NCBI GenBank assembly: GCA_033442325.1
Contig: JAWQFM010000001.1
Coordinates: 1,482,905-1,546,904, forward strand
DNA length: 64,000 nt
Direction of reading: 5' to 3'
Source: Salpingoeca rosetta
Lineage: Eukaryota; Protista; Choanoflagellata
This document shows positions 38,633 to 52,254 of the stretch, in pieces. The position numbers and the translations under genes are program-made. Each line of letters opens with the position of its first letter. The stretch's first letter is position 1. Below the pieces are notes generated by a model, which was given only the letters and a program-made list of their open reading frames with translations, was not told the DNA's origin and ran no database searches.

Positions 38633-39483
38633 GTATGTCTGGGTCTGTTTCTGGGTGTGTGTCCCTGTATGTCTGGGTCTGTTTCTGGGTCTGTGTCCGT
38701 GTGTGTGTGCGTCTGCGTCTGGGTCTGTGTGTGTGTGTGTGTGCGTCTGCGTCTGGGTCTGTGTCCGTGTGTGTGTCCCTGTATGTCTGGGTCTGTGTCC
38801 GTGTGTGTGCGTCTGCGTCTGCGTCTGTGCCCGTGTGTGCGCGCGCCTGTGTCTGCGTCTGTGTCTGTGATTCTCCACCCATCTTTGTACCCTTTCTTGA
38901 GCCTGTGTTGTATCTGCCTGTCTCCCCCCCCCTCCATTTTTTGTCCATCTCTCTCTGGCTGCATGTGTATCGCCTTGCCTGACGAATGATCACCCTGGCA
39001 TCCTGCAGGGAGAATTGCCGTTTGCGTCGTGCGCATCAATGTCGTACTGCCTGTGTCTTCTCTGCGGCTACACCATCAAGCTGGCCACGCGCGACGTGCG
39101 TATGAGGGGGGGGGTGCAGGATATGGCATGGCGATGGGAGCTCGGGTCTATGCTGAATGCGCATGTGTATGGCGTTGGACGCAGTTCATCTGCATCTACT
39201 TGCACTCACGTGTGCACTGCCACTCCACGTGTCAACTCCACACATACACATATACACACACATACACACACAGTCGCGGTTCTCTGCGTTTCCCAAGTGC
39301 TACCGCCGTTGGGTGTGGCATGTTCTGGCTGCATTCCTTGCTGCATACGTCTTCTTCCGCTACATTGCCATCCCTGTCTGGCACAACGTCGTAAGTTGTG
39401 TGTACATGTTGGGATGAGATGTGAAAAGCTGTTTGCGGAAGCTGTTTCGTGTGAGGTCATGCAAGGCTGCGTGCACGCATGTA

Positions 39484-39533
<50 letters not shown>

Positions 39534-41836
39534 TATGTGTGTGTGTGTGTCTGCTTCGATGGCCAAATCAAATCTGCTTGCATGGACGAATCACGAATGG
39601 GCATGCTCGTGCGTGCTGACGTGTGTGCAGGTGCATCACTATCTCCCCTACGATCCGCGTGAGCGTGAGGTCAATCACAAGTTCATTACGGTTGCCACCG
39701 CCACCCACACCATCGGTACTGCAATTGATTGCTGGCTCACGCGCATGTTGGTTGGGAGTTGTATCGAGAGGAGTGGGATGGGTTGGCAGTCGGTGCAAGT
39801 GCCACAGTTGGCTCGACTGCCCGGCCTGTGCGTCGGAGGAAAGGGAATAATCAGGGAGAGCCTTACAACGCGCTTTCATGTACGACGCACGTGTCCGCTC
39901 CACAGCTCTCGTTTGAGCCATCGCTTTCTTCGCTTTCTTCGCTTCCTCACATCTGATCTCGCACGTGCTGGTGTCGGCCTTGGTTAGCCCTGGTTGTGGG
40001 CATGGCTGCGGGCACGGTGACCTATCGGAGTTGGAACATTCTTCGCAGCTGCATGCCTCCGTCGTCGCTGCCACAAAGCGCACGCTTCTTGCTTGCGTTT
40101 ACGCTCTTTGTGCTGTGGGGTCTCTTCCTTGTCAGCTTTGTGTATTCTGGCACGCAGCTTGCCACCAGCTGGTTGCACAGCCACATCCACATTGTCCCGC
40201 CCACCTTTCTCTCCGTGTCGTTGCTGACGTGGTTCGTGTGGGGGTTTCTTCTCCTTACGGGCCAGCTGCCCTCCCTCCTCTTTGCCATCATCACCGTCTA
40301 CTTGCTCCCGCTCAAGGTTGGTGCGTGGGAGCGTGAATGTGTGTGTGTGTGTCTGTCTGTCTGTCTGTCTGTCTGTCTGCGTGTGTGTGTGTCTGTGTCT
40401 GTGTGTCTGTGTGTGTCTGTGTCTTTATGGGTGTCTGTCTTTCTGCCTGTCTGTCTGTCTGTCTTTCTGTCTGTCTGTCTTTCTGTCTGTCTGTCTTTCT
40501 GTCTGTCTGTCTTTCTGTCTGTCTGTCTAGCTGTGTCTTTTTGTCTTTCTGTGTCTGTTTGAGTGCACAGCGAAGTAGCTGGGTTTGCGCGTCCCGGTGT
40601 GCATTGTTTGCCACTCTCACTCGTGCGCTGTTGTTCCTCGCATCTGCAATCCACGCTTTCGCACACATCCGAAATGTGAAAATGGCACCGCTTCCCCTTC
40701 CCCCCACCCAAACGCAAAACACATACACACGCACACACGCATCTATACACCTTGTGTTTGACTGCTTGACCTGCGACTGCAGATGACACGTGGCGATCCG
40801 GCATCGCGCGTGCGCCACGTGTGGCAAGCGTTGACCATCTACATCATCTACAACCTGCAGATCTTCGTGGCCATGTCGTTGGTGGTGACCTTCGCTGCCG
40901 CTGCATACTTCCCGCATTTTATCACCGCAGGCTGGATCATCATCATTGCTCGGTGAACACGACAGCTTGGCTGTGGGGTTGGGCGAGAACAGGGGGGGGG
41001 GTTCTATTGTTGTTGTTGTTTTGTTGTTCGTTGTTGTTTTGTTGTTCTGCTTCTGCTTTTTGTGGGTGCATTATGGCGCGAGATGAAGCAACCACGATCC
41101 CTTTGTGTATACGTGTGTGCACTCACACGCCCGCACGCGCTCGCACTCACGCCCTTGTACATATGCGCATTGCATGCCGCAGGTACGCGCAAACGTATCG
41201 CAACCACCCAGCCCTGACTGGGTGGCGCGCGCGTCTGGACTTCCGAAACCACTGGGTATTTGACGAGATGGCGTCATACTTCCAGCACTCCATTCACACG
41301 CAGGGGAAGCTGAGCATCGACCCGAGCCACCGCTACATCTTCGGCTTCCATCCGCACGGCATCCTTCCCATCTCGGCCGGGTTCATCACCAGCACAACGG
41401 CGTGGCGCAGCATGTTTGCTGGCATGATGCCTGCGCCACTCAGTTCGTCCATCTTGCACCATGTCCCGCTCCTTCGCGACTTTCTGCAGCTGGCTGGCGG
41501 CGGTGACGTTTCTCGTGGCGGCATTGCAGCAGCCTTGAAGAGGTTGGCTGTTGTGTGTTTGTGTGTGTGTGTGTCTGTGTTTGTGTGTGTGCGTGTGTGT
41601 GTCTGTGTCTGTCTGTGTCTGTCTGTCTGTGTCTGTCCGTTGGTGCTTCTCTTCTCGTTGGGACTCCTCTCCTCCTTGTCCTTGTTTTCACCTCTCCCAC
41701 TTGAATTTGAGTCCATGGTCGTGCCTTCTTGCCACGTTGCTGTGTGTAACACTGAATCTCCTCCCCCCCTCCTCCTCCTCTTCCCCCACCACGTATCGTT
41801 TCATTCACGCGGCCCACGTCTCTTCCCCATGACCCT

Positions 41837-41935
<99 letters not shown>

Positions 41936-42035
41936 GACTGGGTCTGTAGTCATGCTGCCTGGCGGCCAGCAGGAGCTGCTCACCTCGTCCTCCCAGAGCA
42001 AGGAGATTGTCGTATCGTCCAAGCACAGGTGTGTG

Positions 42036-42109
<74 letters not shown>

Positions 42110-42487
42110 TTCGGGAAAATATGAGGAGGCACCGGCGCGCGTACATTTTGTTGGTTTGACACATTCTCTTCTTTGCTTCATGCTGTTGCTTTGTGTGTTC
42201 TCGTGCTCACCACATTGCATCCCAGGGGGTTTGTGCGACTGGCACTGAAACTGGCAGCTGCGTCGTCAAAGCCCATCCACCTCGTCCCCATGTTCAACTT
42301 TGGTGAGAACATGATTCTGGACAACGTGCAGGCACCCATGGCATGGCAGCGGTTCTCCGTCAAAAAGCTGCGCGCCAACGTTTTTTTCCTTCCGTATGGC
42401 GTGTGCGGCCTCCCTGGGGTGCCGCGCCGCGAGAGACTCACGACGGCCGTCGCCCAGCCCATCGAAGTGCCAAGGTGAATATGTGTG

Positions 42488-42568
<81 letters not shown>

Positions 42569-43156
42569 GGTTGTTGTTGTTGAAGTTGCTGTTGGTGTTG
42601 CTGTTGTTGTTTAAGTTGTTGCTGCTGCTGTTGTTGTTCTTCTTCTTTTTTTTCTTCTTCAGTTGCACGTTAGCTCGTGTCAGAATGTGTACGTGTTGTA
42701 TCTGTAACACGCGCTCATGCATGTGCCTCCCCATGTGCTATTCGGTGTGTCACTGGCACTCGGCACCTTTTTTCTTCTTCTTCTTCTTCTTCTTCTCCCC
42801 GCTGCTTGCAGGATTGCGACGCCCACGGAGGAGCATGTGGACTTGCTGCACCGGCGCTACTTCACTGCACTTCGTGAGGTGTTTGATGAGACAAGGGCGT
42901 GTGCAGGGCACGGGGACAAGACGCTTGGGTTTGACGTGCCGGTGACGCCGCTGTCACAGGCGCAGTGGGAGAGCGAGCGCGCACGGCTGACGCTGCAGCC
43001 CCTGTGCGAGGATGACCACATCGACAAGCTGTTTGGCCTACCTGGGGACGGTCTCGAGCGGCTGTTCACGGGTGTGTTCTGGGCAGTCGTCTTCTCATGC
43101 ATCTTCCTACACGCCGCCGTGTACATGGAGGGCGGGTTTCTCGAGGGCCTCTTTGC

Positions 43157-43160
<4 letters not shown>
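37736..43160 (+). CDS. Diacylglycerol acyltransferase type 2 (DAGAT family) with a long multi-pass N-terminal extension
   Basis: DGAT2 motifs [46 protein letters not shown] and [10 protein letters not shown]. Upstream hydrophobic exons splice in frame from the ATG at 37736. Confidence 0.8.
42489..42640. repeat. (TTG)n trinucleotide repeat in a DGAT2 intron
   Basis: ttgttgttg... with interruptions. A (CAA)n tract with CTTAAA interruptions lies at 44488-44652. Confidence 0.9.
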
Positions 43161-43206
<46 letters not shown>

Positions 43207-43657
43207 AGCGAGTGCGGAGCGAGAAGAATGTGGGGAGGGGTGAATGCGGGGAGGGGGGAGCGGGGCGAAGAACGACAGCTGCGGTGTGACAGAGGTGTTT
43301 GTTCCATGGTTTGCTTTGTCTTGCAAGTTGGTTTCTCTTCGATGCCCCTATGTTACATGTTTTGCTTACAACTACCTAGACCTGTTACGCTTTTGCGGAT
43401 GAGAAAGTGAAAGTGGCGGGAGACGGGCGAGAGAGGGAGAAGGCTGAAAAGAAGGACTGCTGTGCTGGTCATCGTGGGGAGGTCTGGAGGTGGTCCGTGG
43501 ATACATATCTCCCCATCAAAATTAAAAGAACGCAAACAGCAGCAGCAGTAGCATGTCGAGGAAGAGGGAGAGCAACTGACGAACGAACGACCTTGACAGA
43601 GAACTTTCAACAGCGCTTGTTGACAGAGGAGCAGCAGCGGCGAATGGGAGGGGGGAG

Positions 43658-43667
43658 AAAAAAAAAA
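43658..43667 (-). terminator. Pol III oligo-T terminator of tRNA-Gln
   Basis: T10 run on the minus strand, 6 nt after the tRNA 3' end. Confidence 0.7.
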
Positions 43668-43673
43668 GGAGAG

Positions 43674-43745
43674 AGGCAGTACGGGGGTTCGAACCCCGGC
43701 TGATGGATTCAAAGTCCATAGTCCTAACCACTAGACTATACCGCC
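43674..43745 (-). tRNA. tRNA-Gln (anticodon UUG)
   Basis: GGCGGTATAGTCTAGTGGTTAGGACTATGGACTTTGAATCCATCAGCCGGGGTTCGAACCCCCGTACTGCCT folds into a cloverleaf with A and B boxes. Confidence 0.95.
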
Positions 43746-43902
43746 TACATTTCGTTGTGGTGGGCAGGGAAATTTTGCTTATTCTAATGACGGCACAACT
43801 TCGGGTTGCCCAAAAAAAAAAAAAAAACACAAACAAAACACACAACAACATTGTCCACTCACAGCGCAACAGCACAACAGCACAACAGCACCACAGCCAG
43901 CC

Positions 43903-44051
43903 ATGAACGCCCACGTCCTCCTCGACGTTGCCTTGCTCGTCGTCCTCGTCTTCTCGACATCGTGCCAAGCAGGTGTAGCACCTTTTGTCTTCAGCTTGTG
44001 CCTCTTCTTGCTTACCGCGGGGATATGACATTCCTTCCTCCCATGTCCCTG

Positions 44052-44108
<57 letters not shown>

Positions 44109-45211
44109 CGTATCTCTGCCTCTCTGTGTGTCTCTCTCTGTCTGCCTCTCTCTCTCTCTCGTTCCGTATCTCTGCCTCTCTGTGTGTCTCTCTCTGTCTG
44201 CCTCTCTCTCTCTGTCTGTCTCTCTGTCTCTCTTTCTCTGTCTCTCTCTGTCTCTCTGTCTTTCTGTCTCTCTCTTTCTCTCTGTCGCTCTGTCTCACAC
44301 TCACATCACACACACACACCCCGTCTCTGGTCCATCCATTACCCCAAATAGATGTCAACGACGCGAGTCGCTGTCACTTGCAGTTTGTGACGGAATCCAG
44401 CACTGCCACGACTCCGGAGCAGAAGTGTGGTGCTTTCTTCCGCCTCGTGGTATGTACGCAGTATTCTTGCGCATGCGACATAAGAAGAACAACAACAACA
44501 ACTTAAACAACAACAACAACAACAACAACACCAACAACAACACCAACAACAACAACTTAAACAACAACAACAACTTAAACAACAACAACAACTTAAACAA
44601 CAACAACAACTTAAACAACAACAACAACAACAACTTAAACAACAACAACAACCCACGCACACACACACACATGTACACCCACATTCACACACTCAAACGT
44701 GCACTATTTCACGCTCTCGCACGTCCTCTTCCTCCCACCCCGCCTCCACCGCTGCCAGCAATGCAACGACGATGCCGTGAAGACGGCCAGTACAGAAGAT
44801 GCCGCGCTCATCCGCCAAACGCAAGACGAGGTTGCCGCCTCCCTCGGACTCGACTGCACCCCATACGAGGGACAAGGTCGCGTGGAGCGCTCCATGTACC
44901 CTGCCCTTGCTGCTGCTCTCAGTGCCTGCATCGCCTTGTCATCCCTCGCACACGTTGCTCATCCCCATCACCGTCACCGCCGCCACCACCACACCCGGCG
45001 CAGTGCCGGCCAAGGAGCCCCAAGTGTATTCGCACAACGGGAGCCTCTACTTTGAGGTGGACGAATCAAAGGTGCGAAAGATATCCGCTGTGTGTGCTGG
45101 GGGAGGGGGAGGTGATTGGCTGAGACAGCGCGGGATGCACGAACGCACAACGTGGGTTACAATCAATAGCCATGCACCAAACAACGCCTCACAACCAGAC
45201 AACCCCTCTTC

Positions 45212-45273
<62 letters not shown>

Positions 45274-48224
45274 CAGTCGGTGACATTTGTGCGTTCGCGT
45301 CGCGAGGTGATCACCCCGTGGTCTTTGGCAAGCGAGCTGGATTCCACAAACGCGTAAGAACAAGTACCCGCTGCAACAGTCACGCACAACCCGCACACCC
45401 TAACACCTGCGTAATCCACCCACCGTGCTCTCTTTGCACCCGCCCTGGCGGACTTTCCAACTCTTCGTCTCACGTACACACCACGCGATGACACCACCAT
45501 CAGCCGGGTTGATGATCTCTCCATGGCAGTTGCAACTGCCACGGAAGCACAGTCAACAGAACGCGCATCATTCCTCGGTATGTCATCCATGTGTGCGTGT
45601 GCGCATGTGTGTGTGCGTTCATGTGCTTGTTGAGGTCGCGCCCTGATTGCAATGTCTTCGTTCAAACAAACATACGCCACAGCATAGCACCGTAAGGTTC
45701 CTGCAGCGCACACTTTTTTGCATATCTCAACCTCGCTGTATCTGCAATATGTGCGTTGGACCCATTCACCAAATCACCAAATCCTTTGTTCCACTGCACA
45801 GACTTGGTGGCTGCCATGACGACGCAGGCCGTCCAGTCTGCCGAATCCGTCCTTTCGAACGTCAGTGTGCACGTGCACCTTGGCTCTGACTGTTCACTGC
45901 TTCTTACCAACGTTTTCAAGTCACCTAGCAGTGTGATAACGCACGCTCATCCCTCCATCTTTTAACCCGCTTGTCATCATTGTTGCGTGCGTGTGCTGTC
46001 AGGCTGCGACCATTGCCGAAGTGTCTGCTGCCATCTCCAACGAGACGTCGCGTGCAGTCACCGCAGAGGAGTCCATCCACTCGCAGTTGGTGCGCGCACA
46101 CGCCAAACTTTGATTCCTCTTGCCCCTTCCCCACCGACACCACACCACACACTCATATACACACACACACACTCACTCACTCACACTCACACACACTCAC
46201 TCACACACATACAGGATGGACTGTCGTCGCATGTGAGCTCAAAAGTGCTGAGCCTGGAGAGCTATGTTGGTGCAGTTTCCAATCAAGTAGTGCAGGTGTG
46301 TCACGACGTTGTTCGTGTTGTTGTGCCTGCTCACGGTTCTCGACTGAACCACGAGCACCACAACTGCGACTGCGCGAATACGCGCGTGCAACTCACACAG
46401 GCATATTGGGTTCGTTTTCTCAATCATACACACTGTCTGTCTGTTCTGTCTCACACGACCCCTCCCCTCCGCTCTCTTTGCCCCCCCCCATCTCTTCTCT
46501 CTGCCCCTGTTCCCCCTCTTTCTCTTCTCTCTGTCCTTGCTTCTCTCTCCCTTCCTTCCCTCCATTTCTCCTTTGCGCCAGAGCGCGGGCTCGCTCGCTG
46601 CCGCTATTTCGTCCATGGAGGACGCTGTTGGCGACAACGTAGACGAGGCGCTTGGAAAAGTCTCGGAGCTGCGCACTCGCGTCGAATCAACCGAGGACTC
46701 GGTACAGTAGTCAGATCACGCACGCATGTGTATGTGTGCGCACACACACATGTACACACATGTACACACATGTACACACACGCACGCATCAGCTCGCTTG
46801 ATTGCCCGCTGACCGCCTTCCATGCCCCCCTCACACGTTTGCTGCTGCTCAGATCACGTCGATGGTGTCGTGTGGCGTGCAAGGCCAAGTGTTCAACGGT
46901 GTTGGCTGTGACGGCGCACAGGCAGGCTCGTCCTCCCAGGTAAACGCACTGTTTGTGTGTATGTATGAAATGTATGTATGTATGTATGTATGTATGTATG
47001 TATGTATGTATGTATGTATGTATGTATGTATGTATGTATGTATGTATGTATGTATGTATGTATGTATGTGTGTGTGTGCATGTGTGTGTATATGTGTATG
47101 CATGTATGTGTGTGCATGAAAATATGTGTATGTATGTGTATTGTCGTGTACGCTCGTAAAGCCCGTGCGTGCCTGACTGTGTGAGTGGTGCTTGCTTAAT
47201 ACGTGGGCTGGTTTTGGGCGCACTCCTGACGCCTCGTGCATTGGCATTTGCTCCAGTGCACATCGGAGTCTGTGGGTCTGGTGCGCGCGCAGAACGGCCA
47301 GCTGAAAGGTGAGATGACCAAGTCGAGCCCCTCACACACACACACACCCGCCCCCCCCCCTCATCGTTTCCAGCAAACCCACACGTGCAACGGACACGAA
47401 CACACTCGAACACGTACACATACACTCACACACGCACATACACGTGCTTTTGCGTTGCTCGCATGTCCAACATGCCCCATGTAACGTTTCTCACGCCGGC
47501 TGCACTGCGCACCTCTGCGTCATCAGTGTGCACGAACAACGACGGCTCGTTTGAGTTTGTTGCCTTTTCCATCGGTCAGTCCTTCCCCCTCGGCTCCTTC
47601 TCCAACCCGGCACCATCCGCAACGGTACACACACAGAGAGAGTGTGTGTGTGTGTGCGTGTGTGTGTGTGCATGTGTGTGTGTGTCTGTGTCTGTGTCTG
47701 TGTGTGTCTGTCTGTGTGTCTGTCTGTGTGTGTGTCTGTGCGATGACGTGAGCTTTGCAGTGTCTTCCTACATTCGCTCCAACAGGCCCAACTGCACCCG
47801 TGAGCCACCTTCTTGCCCACCCTCCTCCCTCTCACCACCACTACAACCACGGCAGGCCATCCTGCAAGCGAACACCAATGCAGAGTCGGGGCTGTATTGG
47901 ATTCAGCCCGCCAACGAGTACGCACCAGCCCTCACGTATTGCGACATGTCATTCCAAGGTAGTACAGTGCCGCCGCTTTGTGTGTGTGTCTGTGTATGTG
48001 TGTGTCTGTGTGTTGTGTCTGTGTGTGTGTCAGCTGTGTTGTAGGCACGTGCGAGAGACTGCGATGCCATTGTGATGGTACTTGATTCGGCGTGTGTTCA
48101 CGGTCTTGTTTCCTTTCTCACGGTGTGCCTTGCAGGTGGCGGCTACATGCTCGCTGCCTACGGCCACATCCACTCGTCATCCAGCCACGACCGCAACCGG
48201 TGTGTCCTCTGTGTGTGTGTGTGT

Positions 48225-48277
<53 letters not shown>

Positions 48278-50115
48278 TGCATTGTGTCTGTTTATGTATC
48301 GGCCACACCTCCACATAACACTCAACACCCGCACCCCTTTCTGATCCGTGTCCTCTTCTGTTCGCGTTTGCCCTTTGCGTGCATCTCACTCCTTTCACCC
48401 CTTGGCAGTGCCATTGCGCCCTTGAACCATCCCAACGGCTACAACTGGAGCCCTGGCGCCCGCGCAAACTCAAACGGTGTCATTGCCCTTCCCTTTGGTC
48501 AGTACACTCGCACGCGTGAGTGCGTGCTGTTTGTTCTCATCATCCCCAGTGTACATGCCATGCTTTACCAACGTACAGCATAACACGCGCCCTAACCTGC
48601 ACACGCACCCACACCCACCCACACACACACACACTCTCTCTCTCTCTCTCAGACACGTACACACAATCTCTGTCTTTTGCCCTGTCTCTGTCTCTGCCTT
48701 GTCACACACATACACATACACACACGCACGCACATGCACACACACTGACACACTCTCGCTGTCTCTCTACTGATTTTCGCATTGGCTGTCCAGGGGCTGT
48801 GTATCTTGCCCGCCAGGCTGAGACAATGCTCATGGCAGCTGGCAACATCCCAGACAGGTGCAGTTGTGGTGTGCATGTGTGGTGTGCAGTTGGTGTATGC
48901 GTGCCTGTGCGTTTGCGTGTGCGTGTGCGTGTGTGTGTGTGTGTGCATGTGCGTACGTGTGTGTCTTCTTTTCTTGCTCTCACCCAAGACACTTCCCTCG
49001 CTTTCGCTTCACATACGCCCCCCTTTCGTGCTGACTGCCGTTGCAGTGGTGGCATCGACCAGTACACGCACGTGTATGAGATCTCCATCACACACGTGCG
49101 CTCGCACATCACCTTCAAGAATCACAACCGCGACAACGGTGCCGTGGGCGTGACGGGTCTGGCCAAGATGACGCCCGCCCAGTTCACGGTGACTGCCCTT
49201 CGCGGCGACAGCGGCACGCGCACGCGCTATGCACTTCGCGAATCACTGGGCGTGACCTGGTCGGACACGTATCCATCGGGTTATGGATTCAACGGCTGCG
49301 GCCTCACTTCATACTGCACCTGGGGTGACGGTGCGTTGCTGTGCTTTTCGTTCATTTGTGTGAGCGCTGGGGGACTTGCGCACTGTGTGGCTGTCTGTAT
49401 GTGGGTGTGGGTGTCTCTCTGTGTGTCTGTGTGTCTGTGTGTCTGTCTTCGTGTCTGTCTTCGTGTCTGTCTTCGTGTATGCACGCGCACATACTCGTGG
49501 GCTTCGCGTGTTGTGTGTACATGTGTGGCCCTTTGCGACGGGTCTTGCTGTGCGTGGCCCTGCGAGGCGTTGAAGGCCGAAAACTCATGCACGCCACCGT
49601 GACGCGCTCCCTCACGCGCACAGGCCCCTTTTTTCCAAGCGTGCACAGCGGAGACCAGCGATGCAGCAGCTCGGTAAGGCGACTTTTATTCCCCGCTGCC
49701 ATATTCCATGCTGCTCCCAAACACAAGAGCACACGAACACACACACAGCACACACACAAGGGCTTGCTCACTCGTTCGCGTTCTTCTTCAACACACGCAC
49801 ATGCACACCCACATACACATAGGCGAACAACTTCCAAGGCGCGGACGTTGCCTGTGGCAAAACAAACTATGTCCACCAAGGTGCGTGCTTGCATGCATGC
49901 ATGTATGGGGGTGTGTGTGTGTACAACCGCGTGTGTGCCAATTGCTTCTGTGATGTTCGTGCAACACCACATTCTTCATCTCACTGTCACATTGTCACTC
50001 ACCTTTCTTCTCCCTTCCAACTTCACACACACACACACACACACCACTAGGCTGGTACGGCATCGACAACGGCCAATACAACCGTGTTGGTCAAACCTCC
50101 ATCTGGTTCAAGTGA
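43903..50115 (+). CDS. Secreted protein: signal peptide, Cys-containing N-terminus, helical/coiled-coil stalk, C-terminal fibrinogen-related-like globular domain; about 20 exons
   Basis: MNAHVLLDVALLVVLVFSTSCQA signal; Ala/Ser/Glu-rich helical exons; NPAPSATAILQANTNAESGLYWIQP...TYCDMSFQGGGYML, the motif that opens FReD/COLFI-like domains; ends GQTSIWFK*. Confidence 0.75.
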
Positions 50116-50755
50116 TGTGATGGGTCTCTGCAACAGCTGGCGTGACGATGACGCATTTCTTCTTCTTGTTTCCCCCCCCCCCAACCATGTGCAACAACAC
50201 AGTGACATGACCTGACTGTTGTTGTATGATGTGACACACCATTTGATTGTGTGTCTCATCCATCGTGCGCACGTGTCAAACTGACATGCGTGCGTGATGC
50301 GGTGCGGTGTGGTGTGATATGATGGGCACGACACACGTTCGCACAAACGTCCGTCCATCCATCCATCCATCCATGACACATCCAAAAACTGGAGCTGACA
50401 CCACAAATTATTTTCATGAGTCATCATGTTTTTTCTGCAATCGTTGTTGCGTTGTTCGTTCACGACGACAACCCCCACCCTGCTGCCTCTCATTCCTTTC
50501 CTTTCGTATCTCGTTCCTCTGCTTCTTGCACAGTCACCTGAGCCCGCCCTTGCTTGCTTGTTTGTTCTTGCTGTGTCGCTGCCACGTCTGCAGAAACAAG
50601 CACAAGGCGATCATTCGTTCGTGCAACTGATGACCGGTGTGGCTCTGACTCCGCTCGACTTGCACCACATTTATTTTCCGTCTGTCGTTCTTTCCGTTCA
50701 TCCTCCCTTACAACGACGGCACCAAGAAAGCACAACTCGAAACGGGAACCGAGCA

Positions 50756-50793
<38 letters not shown>

Positions 50794-50832
50794 CCGCGAC
50801 AACCCAAATCCAAACAACCACCACAACAAGGC

Positions 50833-51384
50833 ATGCCGTACACGGTGGTGGACTTGTCGCCAAGCGTGGAGACCCCGCGAGAAGAAATCAACAATGCAGA
50901 CGGGTAAGTGATGTGACAACAATCTAAGGACCAAGTGTCCTGATGGCATCCATGTTGTCCTGATGCCCCCCCCCACACACACACACACATAGGTACCAAC
51001 GCACAAACGCACAAACGCACACACGCACACACGCACACACACACACGCACGCACGCACGCACGCAAACAACAGGTACTCACGCACTCACACACGCGCGCG
51101 CACATGCCCTTCCTTCGCACCATCGTTGCAGTGCGCTGACCAAGGCGCGCAACAACCTGGACGCGTTTGTGCCGTTGTTGATCCTCGATCCGTCCAATGC
51201 TGTCGACGTGTCTCTGTCAGACGGCGCGCTTGGCGTGCAGCACGCCATCGCTCAACGCACACCACTCCAGCCACGCCACATTGACGAGTTCAAGGTGGGC
51301 ACGGACGGGCTGAGATCCCTCTCTCGTTTGTAGGTTTTGCAGGCACGCATGCCATACTGTCGCACACACGATCATCCATTCAGA

Positions 51385-51422
<38 letters not shown>

Positions 51423-52217
51423 ACAGCGGCTGCATGAAGCCATGGGCGCACTCGCTATTGTGCGCATCCCCACGGAGGAGACCTCACGCATCATGCCAAA
51501 TGTGGCGGACGCGGAACTTGACTTCAACCCCATGGTGATTGATCCAAACGAGGAAGACACCGAGAACCAGATGCGTCGCCTCTGCAAGTTCTTCGAGGAC
51601 ATCATCGACATGGAGGACGGCCTGCAACAAGGCGTCGACATGTGCGGGTCCTGGATGACACACTTTCTTGTACGTCTCATATCCACACACAATATCAACC
51701 ACAACACAACCAACCACACACAATCACACAAACACAATCAACCACGCACAGTCACACACAATCAACCACACACAATCAACCACACACACACACACACACG
51801 TATTCCATGGCGCGTATCAGACACATGCAACCCCCCACACCTCACCACATCTCACCCTGCCTCTCGTCGCCGCCTTTTCTTCCTTCCTCCCTTGTCCAAT
51901 GCGCCCCCCCCCCGTCTTGCAGCACCCCATTGCACAAGCGCTCACACAGACTCAGACTGACATGGACAAGCTCTTGCGCACGGCCAGGCAACACATCGAC
52001 TCAGAAGCTAACGTGCGTGACTCATCAACATCATCAATTGCATGCTTTTGCAACCATTCAACAAGCAAGCACCCTCCGCGCAAGCGTCTGGCGCATGTCG
52101 TTTGCAAAACAGTATTGATTGACTGATTGTGTTCCTGTGCGCCGTCAACACTGTGTGAAACCATACCATTCTCACATCATTCTTGCACCAATGCGCTCTA
52201 AAACCCCCCCCCCCACC

Positions 52218-52254
<37 letters not shown>

